Of a stretch of 64,000 nucleotides of DNA, positions 1 to 12,448 are shown piece after piece. Position 1 is the first letter of the stretch. Each line of letters begins with the position of its first letter. The notes beneath the pieces were generated by a model. That model saw nothing but the letters and a program-made list of their open reading frames with translations, did not search any database and was not told the DNA's origin. This stretch comes from Octopus vulgaris. Lineage: Eukaryota. The position numbers and the translations under genes are program-made. The DNA lies in the NCBI GenBank assembly GCA_951406725.2, contig OX597818.1, forward strand, positions 24,428,001-24,492,000, read 5' to 3'.

Positions 1-1075
1 GATATTAATCAATTAAAACCAGTGGCTTAGCATATTTAAAAAAATCAGAAGATTAAAAATTGTTTTACATACAAAATTGAGAGGACTGACCACTAAAAGT
101 GGACAGCCTATATGCTAGACATAGACGTCAAATTGCCATTTACCATGAAGAATGTGTTCTCAAGAAAAATCTCAGCAAAAAAAAACAAAGTGTAAAAATA
201 AGTAAGACAAATGAAAATATACAAAATAAAAAACGATTACCTATGTACCAATTGGTTTCACTTGTTAATATTTACGTATATGGACACACAAACACCTGCA
301 AGATCATCAGCATAGTCTGTCGTTTACAAAACACAATTTCCAGAACTAGATACAGAATGCTCAACCGAAATCGAGCATGTATAAAGTTCTACAAATTATA
401 TTTATGTGTATTTTTCAAATGCCTTCACTTTGGCATGCTGAGATCGGAAATTACTCTGTAGTTAATAAATTACAGCAGTCAATTTACCGGTTAGAGAACA
501 TTTTTTTATTTAGAATTAAATAAGGGTAGAAATTGGTATTAATCAAAGCCCGGTACTGCCTGGGATTAAGTTAGGATTATTAAGCTAATCAAGCACTTTG
601 TTTCAGACCAAACTAAGTAACACTGACGTCAAATTTGAGCGAAATTCATTGAAATTGGTAAATATTTGGCTGAAAATGGGTTGCAAACATAAGGAATCGG
701 TTTATTGATTTTTTCACTCATTGAATGTTTTTTTTTTTTGTGGAGAACTTAAAGAATTCAAAGATCCCATGAGTCCTAAGTAATGCTGCCAAGTTTGAAG
801 ACTTTCCCTATTTCATATAGTTTGTTCTCAAGGAAACCCATCACCAGGTTGGCATATGAAGGTCCGAATTTTGTACCCATAGCCATGAGTTCCCTGTATT
901 TTTCTATCCATTGTTTTATCGCTTCCAGACCCAAGGTGTGTGGTATGTTCATGTATAAGTTTGTGACATCGAAGCTTGCAAGTATAGTGTTTTCCGGAAC
1001 CGTATTTGGAATGTGTGTGAGGCAGTCTATGTCATCCCTTATGTAGCTTGGTATCAGTGGGCATAAAGGTTTTGT
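1..1075 (-). mobile_element. Penelope-like retroelement remnant (RT fragment plus downstream pseudo-LTR region)
   Basis: Minus ORF 776-1429 contains PLE-type RT motifs [28 protein letters not shown] and [19 protein letters not shown], joined by an internal deletion. A hammerhead motif lies downstream in the same sense. Left boundary uncertain. Confidence 0.75.
241..315 (-). ncRNA. Type I hammerhead ribozyme (PLE-associated, palindromic stem III)
   Basis: Minus strand reads CTATG-CTGATGA-tCTTG...CAAGt-GAAA-CCAATTGG-TA-CATAG. Stem I is CTATG/CATAG, extendable by AAACGA/TCGTTT. Core is complete; the 10.1-11.1 pair is mismatched. Confidence 0.75.
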
Positions 1076-1156
1076 ATTAAACACACACATACAGAGTACT
1101 ATACATATGTACATATACATAAATAGAAACAATCTTACATTCGGATTTTCCAACAC

Positions 1157-1162
<6 letters not shown>

Positions 1163-1195
<33 letters not shown>

Positions 1196-1206
1196 CATAT
1201 ACACAC

Positions 1207-1241
<35 letters not shown>

Positions 1242-1256
1242 TATATATACACACAC

Positions 1257-1340
<84 letters not shown>
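1163..1340. repeat. (TA)n/(CA)n microsatellite
   Basis: Directly visible dinucleotide run; source of the YIYI ORFs. Confidence 0.95.
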
Positions 1341-2484
1341 AAGATATATAAACATACATTGAGTAGAAATGGTTTCACAACTACTAAATTCTTGCAGCTG
1401 TCACAATTGAATGATACATAAGAAATCAAACTGTAGGTGAATATATTCTAAGAAAAAGAAAATGGATTGAAGTTTTAAAGAATGACTATTCTCAGAAAGA
1501 ACTTCAGCATAGTGAAAAGTTTAAGATGAGAAATAAAGTGTATTTAGCAATAAAAAGTGATATGTGCAAATGTTGGAAAAGTTCAAGTGAATGTAGCTGG
1601 TAAGTTAAAAAGAAAAAAGTCCATTTTTGAAATGGTAAAACCTGGAAGAGTATACATCATGAATCTGGAATTTGAAAATTTTCAATATATCATCAACTGA
1701 ATGGCTTTCTTTTGAATATAAAGTCTATAAAAATAGTGATCAAAGATGTGTCATGTCACATATAAGAGCAATACTGCACAGAGGGGTACATATGAACCTT
1801 GAATAGGATTGGCAGATTTCTTGGTTCTAGATAAAAGGCAATTATCCTTAATGCAGTTTTAGAAATGTTAAGAATTTCAAGCATCTGTGAGTCAGGGCAT
1901 GTTTAATACAGAATATACTATAAGCTGGGGATTATTCACGAGAATTCAAGAAGTGTTGTAATTGTTCTTTTCAAAATGCTTGCATCTTATTGTTGCTAAA
2001 TGTAAAGTTCCGTCTTGTGGACAGGGCTATTCTCATGACTTTCAAATGAGGAAGAAAATAATATTGTGCTTAATGCAGTGCCTGAAGGGAAGGAACACAA
2101 TATTGTGATGAGGTGATATGAGTGGTCAGGTGAAGATAGCATTAGACTAACCAGCTCTATGAAGCAGAGGTCACTGTTGTAGCAGATAAAAGGTAGAACA
2201 AAATGACAGTATGAGCTAAAGGTTTGTGTGAGAGTATGATTCCATGCCAATCATTGCTTTGGATATAGTCTAGAGACAGTAATGCCATCTCAGCGCCTCT
2301 TTGAAAAATAGAATGGAAATCTCTTTGGAGAAGTTGATTCTAGTAAAGCAGCAGATATCAAGTGGGTTTTACTGAGATTAAGGTATAAGCTGTCACTTTC
2401 ATATGAGAGAATGGACTAATGAAAACTGACAGAAAATCATTCATGGCAAAAAAGAAAAAGAAAAAACATGTAACAATATAGATG

Positions 2485-2845
2485 CAGGCGGTAAGAAGCT
2501 TTCTTCTCAACCACATGGTTCTGCATTCAGTCCCACTGCATGGCACTTTGGGCAAGGGTCTTCTACTATAGCTTCAGGTTGATCAAAGCCTAGTGAGTGG
2601 ATTTGGTAAACAGAAACTGAAAGAAGCCTGTCATGTGTGTGTGTGTGTGTGTGTCCCCTACCACCACTTGACAAACTGGTGTTAGTGTGTTTAAGTCTCC
2701 ATAACTTAGCAGTTCAGGTAACGAGATTGACATGATAAGTATCAGGCTTAAAAAAAAGCACTGGGATTGATTTACACAACTAAAAATTCTTCAAGGCAGT
2801 TCCACAGCATGACCACAGTCTAATGACTAAAACAAGTAAAATATA
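2485..2845 (+). mobile_element. tRNA-headed SINE with internal (TG)n
   Basis: Shares head (..ggtaagaagcttncttcccaaccacatggttcngggttcagtcccactg..) and tail (..gcagtcnaatgactgaaacaagtaaaa) with copies near 7915, 25450, 31820, 34590 and 48920. Confidence 0.8.
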
Positions 2846-3152
2846 AAATATAATATAAACAACTGAAAACACTGGTATTGATGGGAGGTATTAACAGGAC
2901 ATCACAGACATGGTCAACTATAATAATGGCAGTGACAAATCCAGATGATTTGTTCTTCACATAACTCATGACACTCCATTAAAAGCTTTACATGCTATAC
3001 TTTGTCAAAAGGCTTTGCTAATATTGAGTACAACAATTTATGTTTTTCCAGGTTTTAGATATCATTGTGAACAAAAATATGTGCAGGAACAAAAAGGAGA
3101 AAGAGAGACAGAAAGCTTCTAGTTGCTATATGAGATCATCTAAATAGGCTAA

Positions 3153-3372
3153 CCCTTTAGCATTCAGATTACTCTGTCAAATGTAAAGCCTGTTTAATCA
3201 CATTGTTTTAAATTAACTGTACAGCATCTTGTAACTCTAAGATTTTGATGACGTCCCTGTTTATTTTTAGAATGACTTTGTAGGGTAGGTGTAAGAGGTC
3301 AGAGCTGACTGGTTTGAGCATATAACAGGAAGACAATTTTGGCCTGGTATGGCCGGTTTAAACACTAAAGGG
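3153..3372. mobile_element. piggyBac-like MITE
   Basis: Terminal inverted repeats CCCTTTAG/CTAAAGGG flanked on both sides by CTAA (3149-3152, 3373-3376). Confidence 0.65.
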
Positions 3373-3999
3373 CTAAAGGCCTGCAGAAAAAGAAAGTTTG
3401 AAAAAGCTAATGATAAAAACAAAGTTTAATTGTGACAGCTGAAATTCCATTAAATCATTTTTCAAACGACTTTGAAAATGCTTAGAATATGTAAGAATTT
3501 TATGAACTTAGTAGTTTGTTATGTATTTTTGCTAAACGTAAGTGAAATCAGCATTACATTTCAAACAAAAATAAGGAAGACTTGGCTATGCAAATATTAC
3601 CTATTTCTGTTCTTGCCATCTCTAATGATACTGAATTTCAGAAATATAAAACCAATGTTTAATAATAAAAAATCTGGTTTACATATATCATCTTAAATAG
3701 AAAAGATATTCTAAATTTTTGACTAGAGTAATAAATTTACTTAATACAACTAAAATTTAATACTCTTAGGTTGTTGTTAAAGAGAACAAAATAGTCTAGT
3801 AAAAATTGCTCAGAATATCCTCATGAATAGGAATCAAGCTAAACATCCTAATTTGCTAGAGCTTCACATACACATGCATGCGTACATGCATGCATGCATT
3901 AAAACTGTGTGTTGGGCCATTTATTCACTGATTACAGTGTATGTGATAAAGGTGGATTGTGTAGATGAATATATATATATGAAACATTAATATAATGAT

Positions 4000-5185
4000 A
4001 CACAGAGCATTTCAGAAGTTCTGAGACTTTCTTTAGGAGAGGCAGTTATTGTAATTTTAGTATATCAGTACCATATATCTAATAAACTGACCTACCAATT
4101 TTTTTTTTTTATTATTCCAGATTGAAAAAAATGGCTGTAACAGCACTTTGAACAAGCCCTACTAAACACTGCTTGTCACAGCTGATGAAGCTTGTTATGC
4201 AATAAAGTTTCATCTTAAACTGGGCAAAAATGCTAAGATTTATGAAATGCTCCAGACTGCTTATGGATTAACTAGTATGAGCTGAGAATTTGCTTTTCAC
4301 TGGAACGAGAGATTTAAGGATGGTAGAGAAGAGGTGAAGGACGATAAGAGTTGTGATGAGAGGTGTGGACATCAGAACATCAGAGCTGGTTGAGAAAACT
4401 CAATTTTCTATATGAAGAACATTGTGTTTATAAAGACAATAAGCACACAGTTTGGACATGGTGCAGCAATTGTGCACAGAATTATTCATAAAGATCTGAA
4501 CATGCACAAATTTGTATAAAGTTTATTCCCAAAATGCTCAATGATGAACAGAAAGAAAGATGTATTGGTAACAACAGGGAAATCATTGAGCTCATTACCT
4601 ACAATCCAAGAGTTCTTGAATCTCTGGTGACCTGTGAAGAAAGTTGGATCAGCTGTTATGACCCAGAGACCAAGAGACAGAATGACCAATGGAATCGTCC
4701 TGGCTACCCCAGGGCCAAGAAGACCAGGTGAAGCAAGTCCAATGGGAAGCTTATGATGGTCCTCTTTTGTGACACAAGAGCATCCTCTACATCCAGTGGC
4801 TTCCCTCTGGCCAGACGATCAAGTTCTGAGGGAGTTCAGGAAGAGATTTGATTGCAAAAGACCAGAGCACCTGCACCAGGACAATGCAGTTCACAATTCC
4901 ATCCTGGTAACCAACAACTTGACAGAGATGGGCATCAAAATTGTCCCTCACCCTCTCTACACTTTAGACCTTGCTCCCTGTGATTGTTGGTTGTTCGCCA
5001 GGCTGAAAGAGAACCTTAAGGGCAGTTGTTTTGAAGGCACTGAGAAGATAAATGAGGTCCTTGACACCTTCACTTTGAAGAACTTCCATGGGGCCTTTAC
5101 AAAATGGCTGTAGTACTACAAGTGCATTGAAGTCAGAGGCTCCTACTTTGAAGGAAATTAGTTTTGCAAGGATCTCATCATACTC
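4000..5185 (+). mobile_element. Decayed mariner transposon
   Basis: Fragmented transposase: VTCEESWISCYDPETKRQ (first catalytic D region), LHQDNA, PHPLYTLDLAPCDCWLF (YSPDLAPCD motif). Confidence 0.85.
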
Positions 5186-5706
5186 ACACATGTACTGGTC
5201 TTCTTCCAGTGCTCTAAAGTATCCGGTCAAAATATGGTTCAAGGTGCAAAGAGTTACTCTGCTTATAGGATGGGTCTCTTTCTTTGCACCATATTTTAGG
5301 GTTATTTAGGGTCAAGAATAAATTAGCAAGAGCACAAAGAAGGAAGGACACTCTTCCCTGGTCAGTGCTCTTCTATTATAATTCCATTCACATCTAGGAT
5401 GTTATTTTATTGACAAAGATGACTGAAAGACAACACTGACCTTCATAGGACCTAAACACATAACATAAAGGTCTGTAACTAAATACCACAAGGCAGTTTA
5501 TTCAACACTCTAATGAATCTTCCAAGTTAATATTTTTTATAATAAAGAGCTTGAAAAATTATAAAATAACAATTTATTCATAAATTGTCTTACCCTTATT
5601 TAAAGTAACTAAATAGGGAAACAGTCATATAGTCAAAGTTAACTTGCTTACAAGAGAACTACAATACTTGCTGATCAAGATATATATAAAACTATGGCAT
5701 TAATCA

Positions 5707-6294
5707 ATCATCATCATCATCATCATTTAACGTCTGTTCTCCATGCTAGCATGGGTTGGACTGTTCGACCGGGGTCTGGGAAGCCAGGGGGCTGCACCAG
5801 ACTCCAGTCTGATCTGGCAGAGTTTCTACAGCTGGATACCCTTCCTAACGCCAACCTCTCCATGAGTGTAGTGGGTGCTTTTTATGTGCCACCAGCACAG
5901 GTGCCAGGCGAGGCTGGCAACGGCCACGATCAGTTGGTGCTTTTTACATGCCACTGGCACGGAAGCCAGTGAAGGCGGTGCTGGCATCGGCCACGTTCAG
6001 ATGGTGCATTTTACGTGCCACCGGCACAGATATCACAACTACAATTTCCATTTGATTTTTTAATGTTGATGTACTTGACTCAATAGGTATCCTCAAGCAC
6101 AGTGTGTGTATATATATATCATCATCATCATCATCCTTTAACGTCCGCTTTCCAAGCTAGCATGGGTTGGACGATTTGACTGAGGACTGGCGAACCAGAT
6201 GGCTGCACCAGGTTCCAATTTGATCTGGCAGAGCTTCCACAGCCGGATGCCCTTCCTAACACCAACCACTCCAAGAGTGCAGTGGGTGCTTTTA

Positions 6295-6300
<6 letters not shown>
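5707..6300 (-). mobile_element. Two adjacent short RTE-3'-end/SINE copies with (GAT)n tails
   Basis: Near-identical to the 3' UTR of the RTE LINE at 17468-17860; (CAT)n runs at 5707 and 6119. Confidence 0.85.

Positions 6301-6374
<74 letters not shown>
6301..6374. repeat. (TA)n microsatellite
   Basis: Direct. Confidence 0.95.
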
Positions 6375-6380
<6 letters not shown>

Positions 6381-7262
6381 ACAGTGGCATTAATCAATAT
6401 CTATTTATGAACAACATAGCATAAATCAAAAGAAATTAAATGAATTTAAATATTAGAAAGCCTCATTGACTTGAACAATAAATACATTCTATATACACTA
6501 TTGATATGTGAAAAACAGAGGGAGTTTTCTAATGGACTATTATACAGTTTGTTAACCACTCCTCAGAGAAGATGTACCTAGCTTCCTTTCATGCTTACAT
6601 TCTTATTCATCTCACAGTGAGGCATTATGATATTTAAATTTATTTCAGTTCTTCTAATTTATGCTATATTGTGCATAAACATTAAGTATAATTAATGATA
6701 AACCACCAAAAGTATAAATATGTAAATTAGAGTATCCACCTTGATGCTAGCCTAAATCAGGACTCCTTTATAAGCAGCTGATCTATGCCAAGTATGTCTT
6801 GTCTGGTGCAAGCATTGTTACATGGTTATAAAGCTAACCTTGCAACCATGTAGTTTCAGGTTCATGCCATTGCACAGCACCTAGGGCAAATACCTTCTAC
6901 TCTAGCTCCAGCCCAATCCCAGTCTTGTAAGAGGATTTGAAAGACAGAAGCAGAAAGAAGTCCATTGAAGATATGTGTGCATGAGTGTGATCATGTATAT
7001 GTGTGTCTCCTTGTCTTGATATTGTATGTTAGTTGTAAATAAATCTTACTGCCATGTATGCAGTATCATTCATCTGCTATCTCTCAGGAAATCATGTCCA
7101 ACTATTATGTTGATCGTGTTTCAGAGACTAGGGGAAATATTACCTTACTTGGTAACATGCAATGGTTAGTACCAGGAAGAGCATCAGAGAAAATCTGCCT
7201 CATCTAAATTTCAGCTGACATATGCAAGTATGGAAAAGCAGACATTAAAATGATGACGATGA

Positions 7263-7311
<49 letters not shown>

Positions 7312-7914
7312 GCATCAACAAGCTTGTAGAATGGTGTGTTCATCTTCTTAATGACATAGACTCCTTTCAGTTTATTTGTAACATTCATGTCTTCTATGTG
7401 TATTAGTTTTGTATTATTCTCTTGGTATTCAAGTAAAAACACATTAAACGTACTATTCATAACAGTCAATATAGCTTGTCACAGCTGCATTGATTCATCA
7501 TGTAGAGAATATAAATAAAACTATTGTTCAGCATTATGCCACAGTTCTGTTTATTATGAACTAAATTAATAATTCCCAACAATGGTGATCATGACATGAT
7601 TAAACATATACCTTTCTCACATGGTAGTTTCATGATGTATTCCAATTTTTCAAGACTTTCCTACAAATAATATTTATTATTCTACCATCAAAACTTTTTT
7701 TTTTCTGACTGTAACAGTTGCATTCACTAATCACTATTTTAAAAGCAAGTAACAATTGCTGTTCTTTTCATAAACAGCTATCTAGGAAGAAACTAATATA
7801 GTTGAATACCTCCTGTTGATATATTTATGGTGCCCAGTGTACATGAAATCTCAAATCAGCAGTGAAGCTGATATCAAGAAACATGCCAAAATGATCATGT
7901 TTCTGGACCAATCA

Positions 7915-8305
7915 TGTGTGGTAAGTAGCGTGTTTACCAACCACATGGTTCTGGGTTCAGTCCCACTACGTGGCACCTTGGGCAAATGTCTTCTACTATA
8001 GCCTCGAGCCGACCAAAGCCTTGTGAGTGGATTTGGTAGACGGAAACTGAAAGAAGTCCGTCGTATATATGTATATATATATATATGCATGTGTGTGTTT
8101 GTGTGTCTGTGTTTGTCCCCCAAGCATTGCTTGACAACTGATGCTGGTGTGTTTACGTCCCCGTTACTTAGCGGTTCGACAAAAGAGACTGATAGAATAA
8201 GTACTGGGCTTACAAAAGAATAAGTCTCGGGGTCGAGTTGCTCGATTAAAGGCGGTGCTCCAGCATGGCTGCAGTCAAATGACTGAAACAAGTAAAAGAG
8301 TAAAG
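7915..8305 (+). mobile_element. tRNA-headed SINE (relatively young copy)
   Basis: Same family as 2485; B-box-like ggttcagtccc; retains CpGs. Confidence 0.85.
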
Positions 8306-8949
8306 AATAATCATCTGTTAGAATATCTGTTCATTCAACCAGAAGCCCTGCCATCAACAGTCATGTTTATGTTTTCCCCTTTTGAACCAATCAGCTTGTG
8401 CATCCACTTAGTCAAGAGATGTGCCTCTGTCATCACATTTTGAGCCAAATGTCTGTTGCATCTACTTCATAAACAGACATGTGTATATCATCATCTACTG
8501 ACCAATCATATTTGTTAATACTATTTTAACAAATGTCACTCTCAAGATGAACTATGAGGTATCGTAAAAGAGCATTCCAATTGGAACTGTTGGTCATGTT
8601 TGTGAGGCATGCAGCTAGCTCAGACTAGCAGAACCAGTCAACACAGCCTAGTGATGCAATGTATTAGTGAAAACAGCTGAAGTACCAGTAGTCACAGTGG
8701 CACAAGTTACAGCAGAGGTGGATACAACAGACATAGAAGTGACAAACTACAGATTGTTTTTATCTTTGAATAATGATGTTTCTGTTGTGCAAATCATCAG
8801 AGCAAGGACTTTTCATATCAACAACCTGTTCTTTTGCATTACTACAATGATGATGATTATGGATCAGGTTCACTGAAATCAACATTTCAGAATTTTACCA
8901 ATTACAAACCAGGAAACAAATAATTTTTAAATGATGAGAACAAATTTAT

Positions 8950-9990
8950 ATTTCGTTTGGGGATTTAGTTCGCAAGATTCATGTGAGTTCATGTGTTGAA
9001 GCATATTTTGCTGTGTCTGGGGAGAGTCATTCTCTTTTAGTGCTTTATTATTTAACACACTCACTGGTTCAGTTTCCACTCATTTACTTATTTATTTTTT
9101 CTAAAATTTTCATTGCGTCTTGCAACCTTATCAATAGTTGTTGAATTTGAAATATGTTGTTCACAAGAACTCAGCTTTGTCACACAACATGCAAATCAAC
9201 ATACTGATAGCAGACTTAGTTAGGATAATGAACAATGTGTCCCCATTATGCAAACCCTATGAAACAAAGAAACATATACAAAACTTCGTGCACCACATGC
9301 AATTCTTTGAATATGATCAGAAAGATAGGATTTGGGTATACAAGGGTGCTACAAAGAAGTTAGATAACATTATATGTAATGAAACCAGTGTTACCTGCCC
9401 TAGATAAAGAAGTAAAGACTGGAATAGAATACAAAGAGTTTGTGACAAAGCAAACAAGGTGAACACGTGGTACAAGACCGACAAATATCAAGGAGTGATG
9501 TTTGTAAAAACCATAGCCCATGGAGAACTAGCCTGTAGATTTAGAAAAGCTCTAAAGGAGGCCAAACTCAACATTAAGGTCGTTGAAAATCAGAGAGCTT
9601 CATTAGATCACAATTATGTAGGATGTACCCTTCTGAGAATACCATATGCACCAATGATAACTGTATGATATGTAGGATTAACCCTGGCATTACTGTAGAA
9701 CTAGAAATATAGTCTACAACATAAGGTGCATAGAAGGTGCTTATAAAGACAAGAACATTATATAAATCTAGGAGCATTGCAGAAAGACTAAATGAACATT
9801 TGAGACAAAAAACAGTCCTCCATACTCTACCAACATGCCAAGGACCAACATGGAGGCAACCTGGGTCAACTTGACATCTGCATTTTATCCAAGCACCCAA
9901 AGGACTCAACACTCAGACAAATACAGAAGTATGTTTTCATAAATGAAACATCCCCAGTACTAAATAGGAAATATACATAGTAGGTAGTCA
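8950..9990 (+). mobile_element. Penelope-like element remnant with GIY-YIG endonuclease fragment
   Basis: 9695-9810 translates, with a frameshift, CRTRNIVYNIRCIE...IY/SRSIAERLNEHL; upstream VMFVKTIAHGELACRFRKAL..NIKVVE is typical of a PLE C-terminus. Confidence 0.65.
9101..9137 (-). ncRNA. Putative minimal hammerhead, U3-A8 core variant (copy A)
   Basis: CTA-TTGATAA-G-GTTGC-AAGAC-GCAAT-GAAA-ATTT-TAG. Confidence 0.45.
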
Positions 9991-10589
9991 TACCCCTACA
10001 CCCACAGTTTATATATATATACATAGGTAGAATAGTTAGTGGGCTGTTATGTAGACATGTGTGTGTGTGTGTGCATGCGTGCATGCATGTGTGGGTATAT
10101 ATGTACATATATATATATATATATTGCTGGCCTTTTTGCGTTTGGCAGCGGTCACAATCACACCGATACTTTTCCTCTGCAATAAGGCTTAATTCCCAAC
10201 ATGCCAGCTGAATTCAATTCGTCTCCAGTCGAAAGACGCCTGTTGTTATGTCCTGTTATTATTATTATTGTTTGTTTTGTATTATTTTTGTATTTATATT
10301 CATGTAACATCATCTGTTTTTCCGTCCTTGTTTCGTATACATTCGAAGCTTTTTTCCAAGGAATCTAATGCTCTTAGCTTAGTTTTTCCTTGGGACTGGC
10401 CAGATTGGAGCAATCTCAAGATTAATCAGCTGAAATTGCGAGGATGATCCGGTTCTTGACTGAAGATTAAAGGCTTCAAATGACCCGTCCGTGTTTTTTG
10501 TATCGTCTTCTGGATGTTTTGCGTTCTTGTCCCATTTTGTATGTTTTTATATATATATAGCGGCATACGTACACCTTGTTCTCTTATAT

Positions 10590-10606
10590 GTATGTATATA
10601 CATATA

Positions 10607-10642
<36 letters not shown>

Positions 10643-10706
10643 TATATATATATATATATATGTATGTATATATATATATATATATGTATGTATATATATA
10701 TATATG

Positions 10707-10766
<60 letters not shown>

Positions 10767-10838
10767 CATACATATATATATATATATACACATATATATA
10801 TATGTATTATGTATATATATATATATATTTGTATTATG

Positions 10839-10886
<48 letters not shown>

Positions 10887-10925
10887 GTGTATATATATAT
10901 ATGTATGTGTATATATATATATATG

Positions 10926-11013
<88 letters not shown>

Positions 11014-11082
11014 CATATATATATATGTGTATACATATATGTATATACATTTATATATGTATGTATAAACATATATATATCA
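10590..11082. repeat. Long compound (TA)n/(TATG)n microsatellite
   Basis: Direct; explains all ORFs between 10426 and 11390. Confidence 0.95.
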
Positions 11083-11261
11083 TAACAAAATCTTGAGGCT
11101 ATGAGATAATGTCTGATTAATTTGAAATAATTTGGATGAATATACATACATATATATGCATACACACACACATATATGCATACATACATATGCACACTGA
11201 CCCACACACATGCGCGCAAACAAACAAAAAGAACACAGCTTGGATAAAGAACAAAGTCAAT

Positions 11262-11390
11262 GACTATTGAAAACGTTGCAAGACCCAAGGAAAATTTTAG
11301 AAAGAATAAATAAGTGGAAACTGAACTGGTGAGTATGTTAAATAATAAAGCGCTAAAAGAGAATGACTCTCCCCAGACACAACAAAACAA
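11262..11390 (+). repeat. Inverted copy of the 9005-9137 pLTR-like segment, with decayed hammerhead-variant copy B (11264-11300)
   Basis: Reverse-complement match to ~9005-9137, e.g. aaaagagaatgactctccccagacac. Confidence 0.8.
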
Positions 11391-11595
11391 ATTTATAATC
11401 TATCATATAAGATTAACAAAGTAATCCCTTTAAGTACCTGAAAGCCAATGAAAAACAAGCCAAAAGAGTCATATGCTAGATTGACATAAATTCAAGGTGA
11501 TTGTACACAAAAAGTATTATGTTGAGAAGATGATTTATTCATGTTGTCCTGAGAATCTTTAGATTATAATGTATTTGAATAAAATATACAGAACA

Positions 11596-12448
11596 TATGT
11601 GGTCTGAGCCATAAGTGTCTGGACTGTTGCCATAGTAACGAAGCTAAAGCATGCAGAGTGAAGCCACTTGGCAAAGATTGACCTTGAACTCTGCTGTGTA
11701 TGCACAGTAAGTTTTAACGTTCAAGCTCCTTTTGCTGTTTACAACAGTGCTTGGAAGGACGGTGTGTAGCATGTGATCATCACATTGACCATGACAGAGA
11801 AAGTAGAGCAGAGAATCTGCATCAAATTTTGTCAAAAGCTTGTCAATGCATGCTCAGAGGCATACACAAAGTTTCCAAAAAGTTTTCATCATTCTCAACA
11901 CAATCAAGATTTTGTGCAACTGAAACCCAAGTGTCTTTTTGATCAATTGAAAACAGTTTTGGCACAAACTTCTCAGACATACATCTCATACCCAAATCTT
12001 CAGTGATAATGAACTGAACTGAACTGTAACTAAATTGCACATCCTCTGATAACTCATGGATGGGGATTCAACAATTTCCCCTCACAGCTACATGCACATC
12101 TGTGATGTTTTGCACAGTTCTGCTGGTTGCAGGTCTCCCAAAACATTCGTCAATATCTACATTTTTTCGGCCATCTTGAAAACGTCTGAACCACTCATAC
12201 ACTTGTGTGCAGCTCATACACTTTCTCCAACCTTACATAGGCCTCTGAGCAGGTATTGCCATGACAACTTTCTCTGCCGTAGTCAATGCGACAATCACAC
12301 ACTACACACCTTCTTTCCAAGCACTTCTGTAAAACAGTAGAAGTGAGCTAGAATGTTCAAGGTCAATCTTTGCCAAGCAGCTTCACTCTGCGTGCTTTAG
12401 TTTTGTTACTACGGCCACAGTCCAGATATTTATTGATCAGAACTCGTA
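11596..12448. mobile_element. Mariner-derived fold-back element built from two 5' ends
   Basis: TA-flanked. 11596-11800 and 12265-12448 are ~200-bp imperfect inverted repeats; transposase N-terminus MTEKVEQRICIKFC on plus and transposase fragments (EDLGMRCMSEKFVPKL) on minus. Confidence 0.75.

Noticed and set aside
7612-7660. Exon-like 49-nt segment on minus (ESLEKLEYIMKLPCEK); similar candidates at ~1358-1430 and ~12800-12859
   Set aside because: Plausible splice sites, but no recognisable homology or phase-consistent chain; needs RNA-seq
10426-11390. Multiple long overlapping ORFs (YIYI..., up to 201 aa); similar ORFs at 1107-1421, 6131-6397, 33835 and 47388-47665
   Set aside because: Stop-free translations of microsatellites
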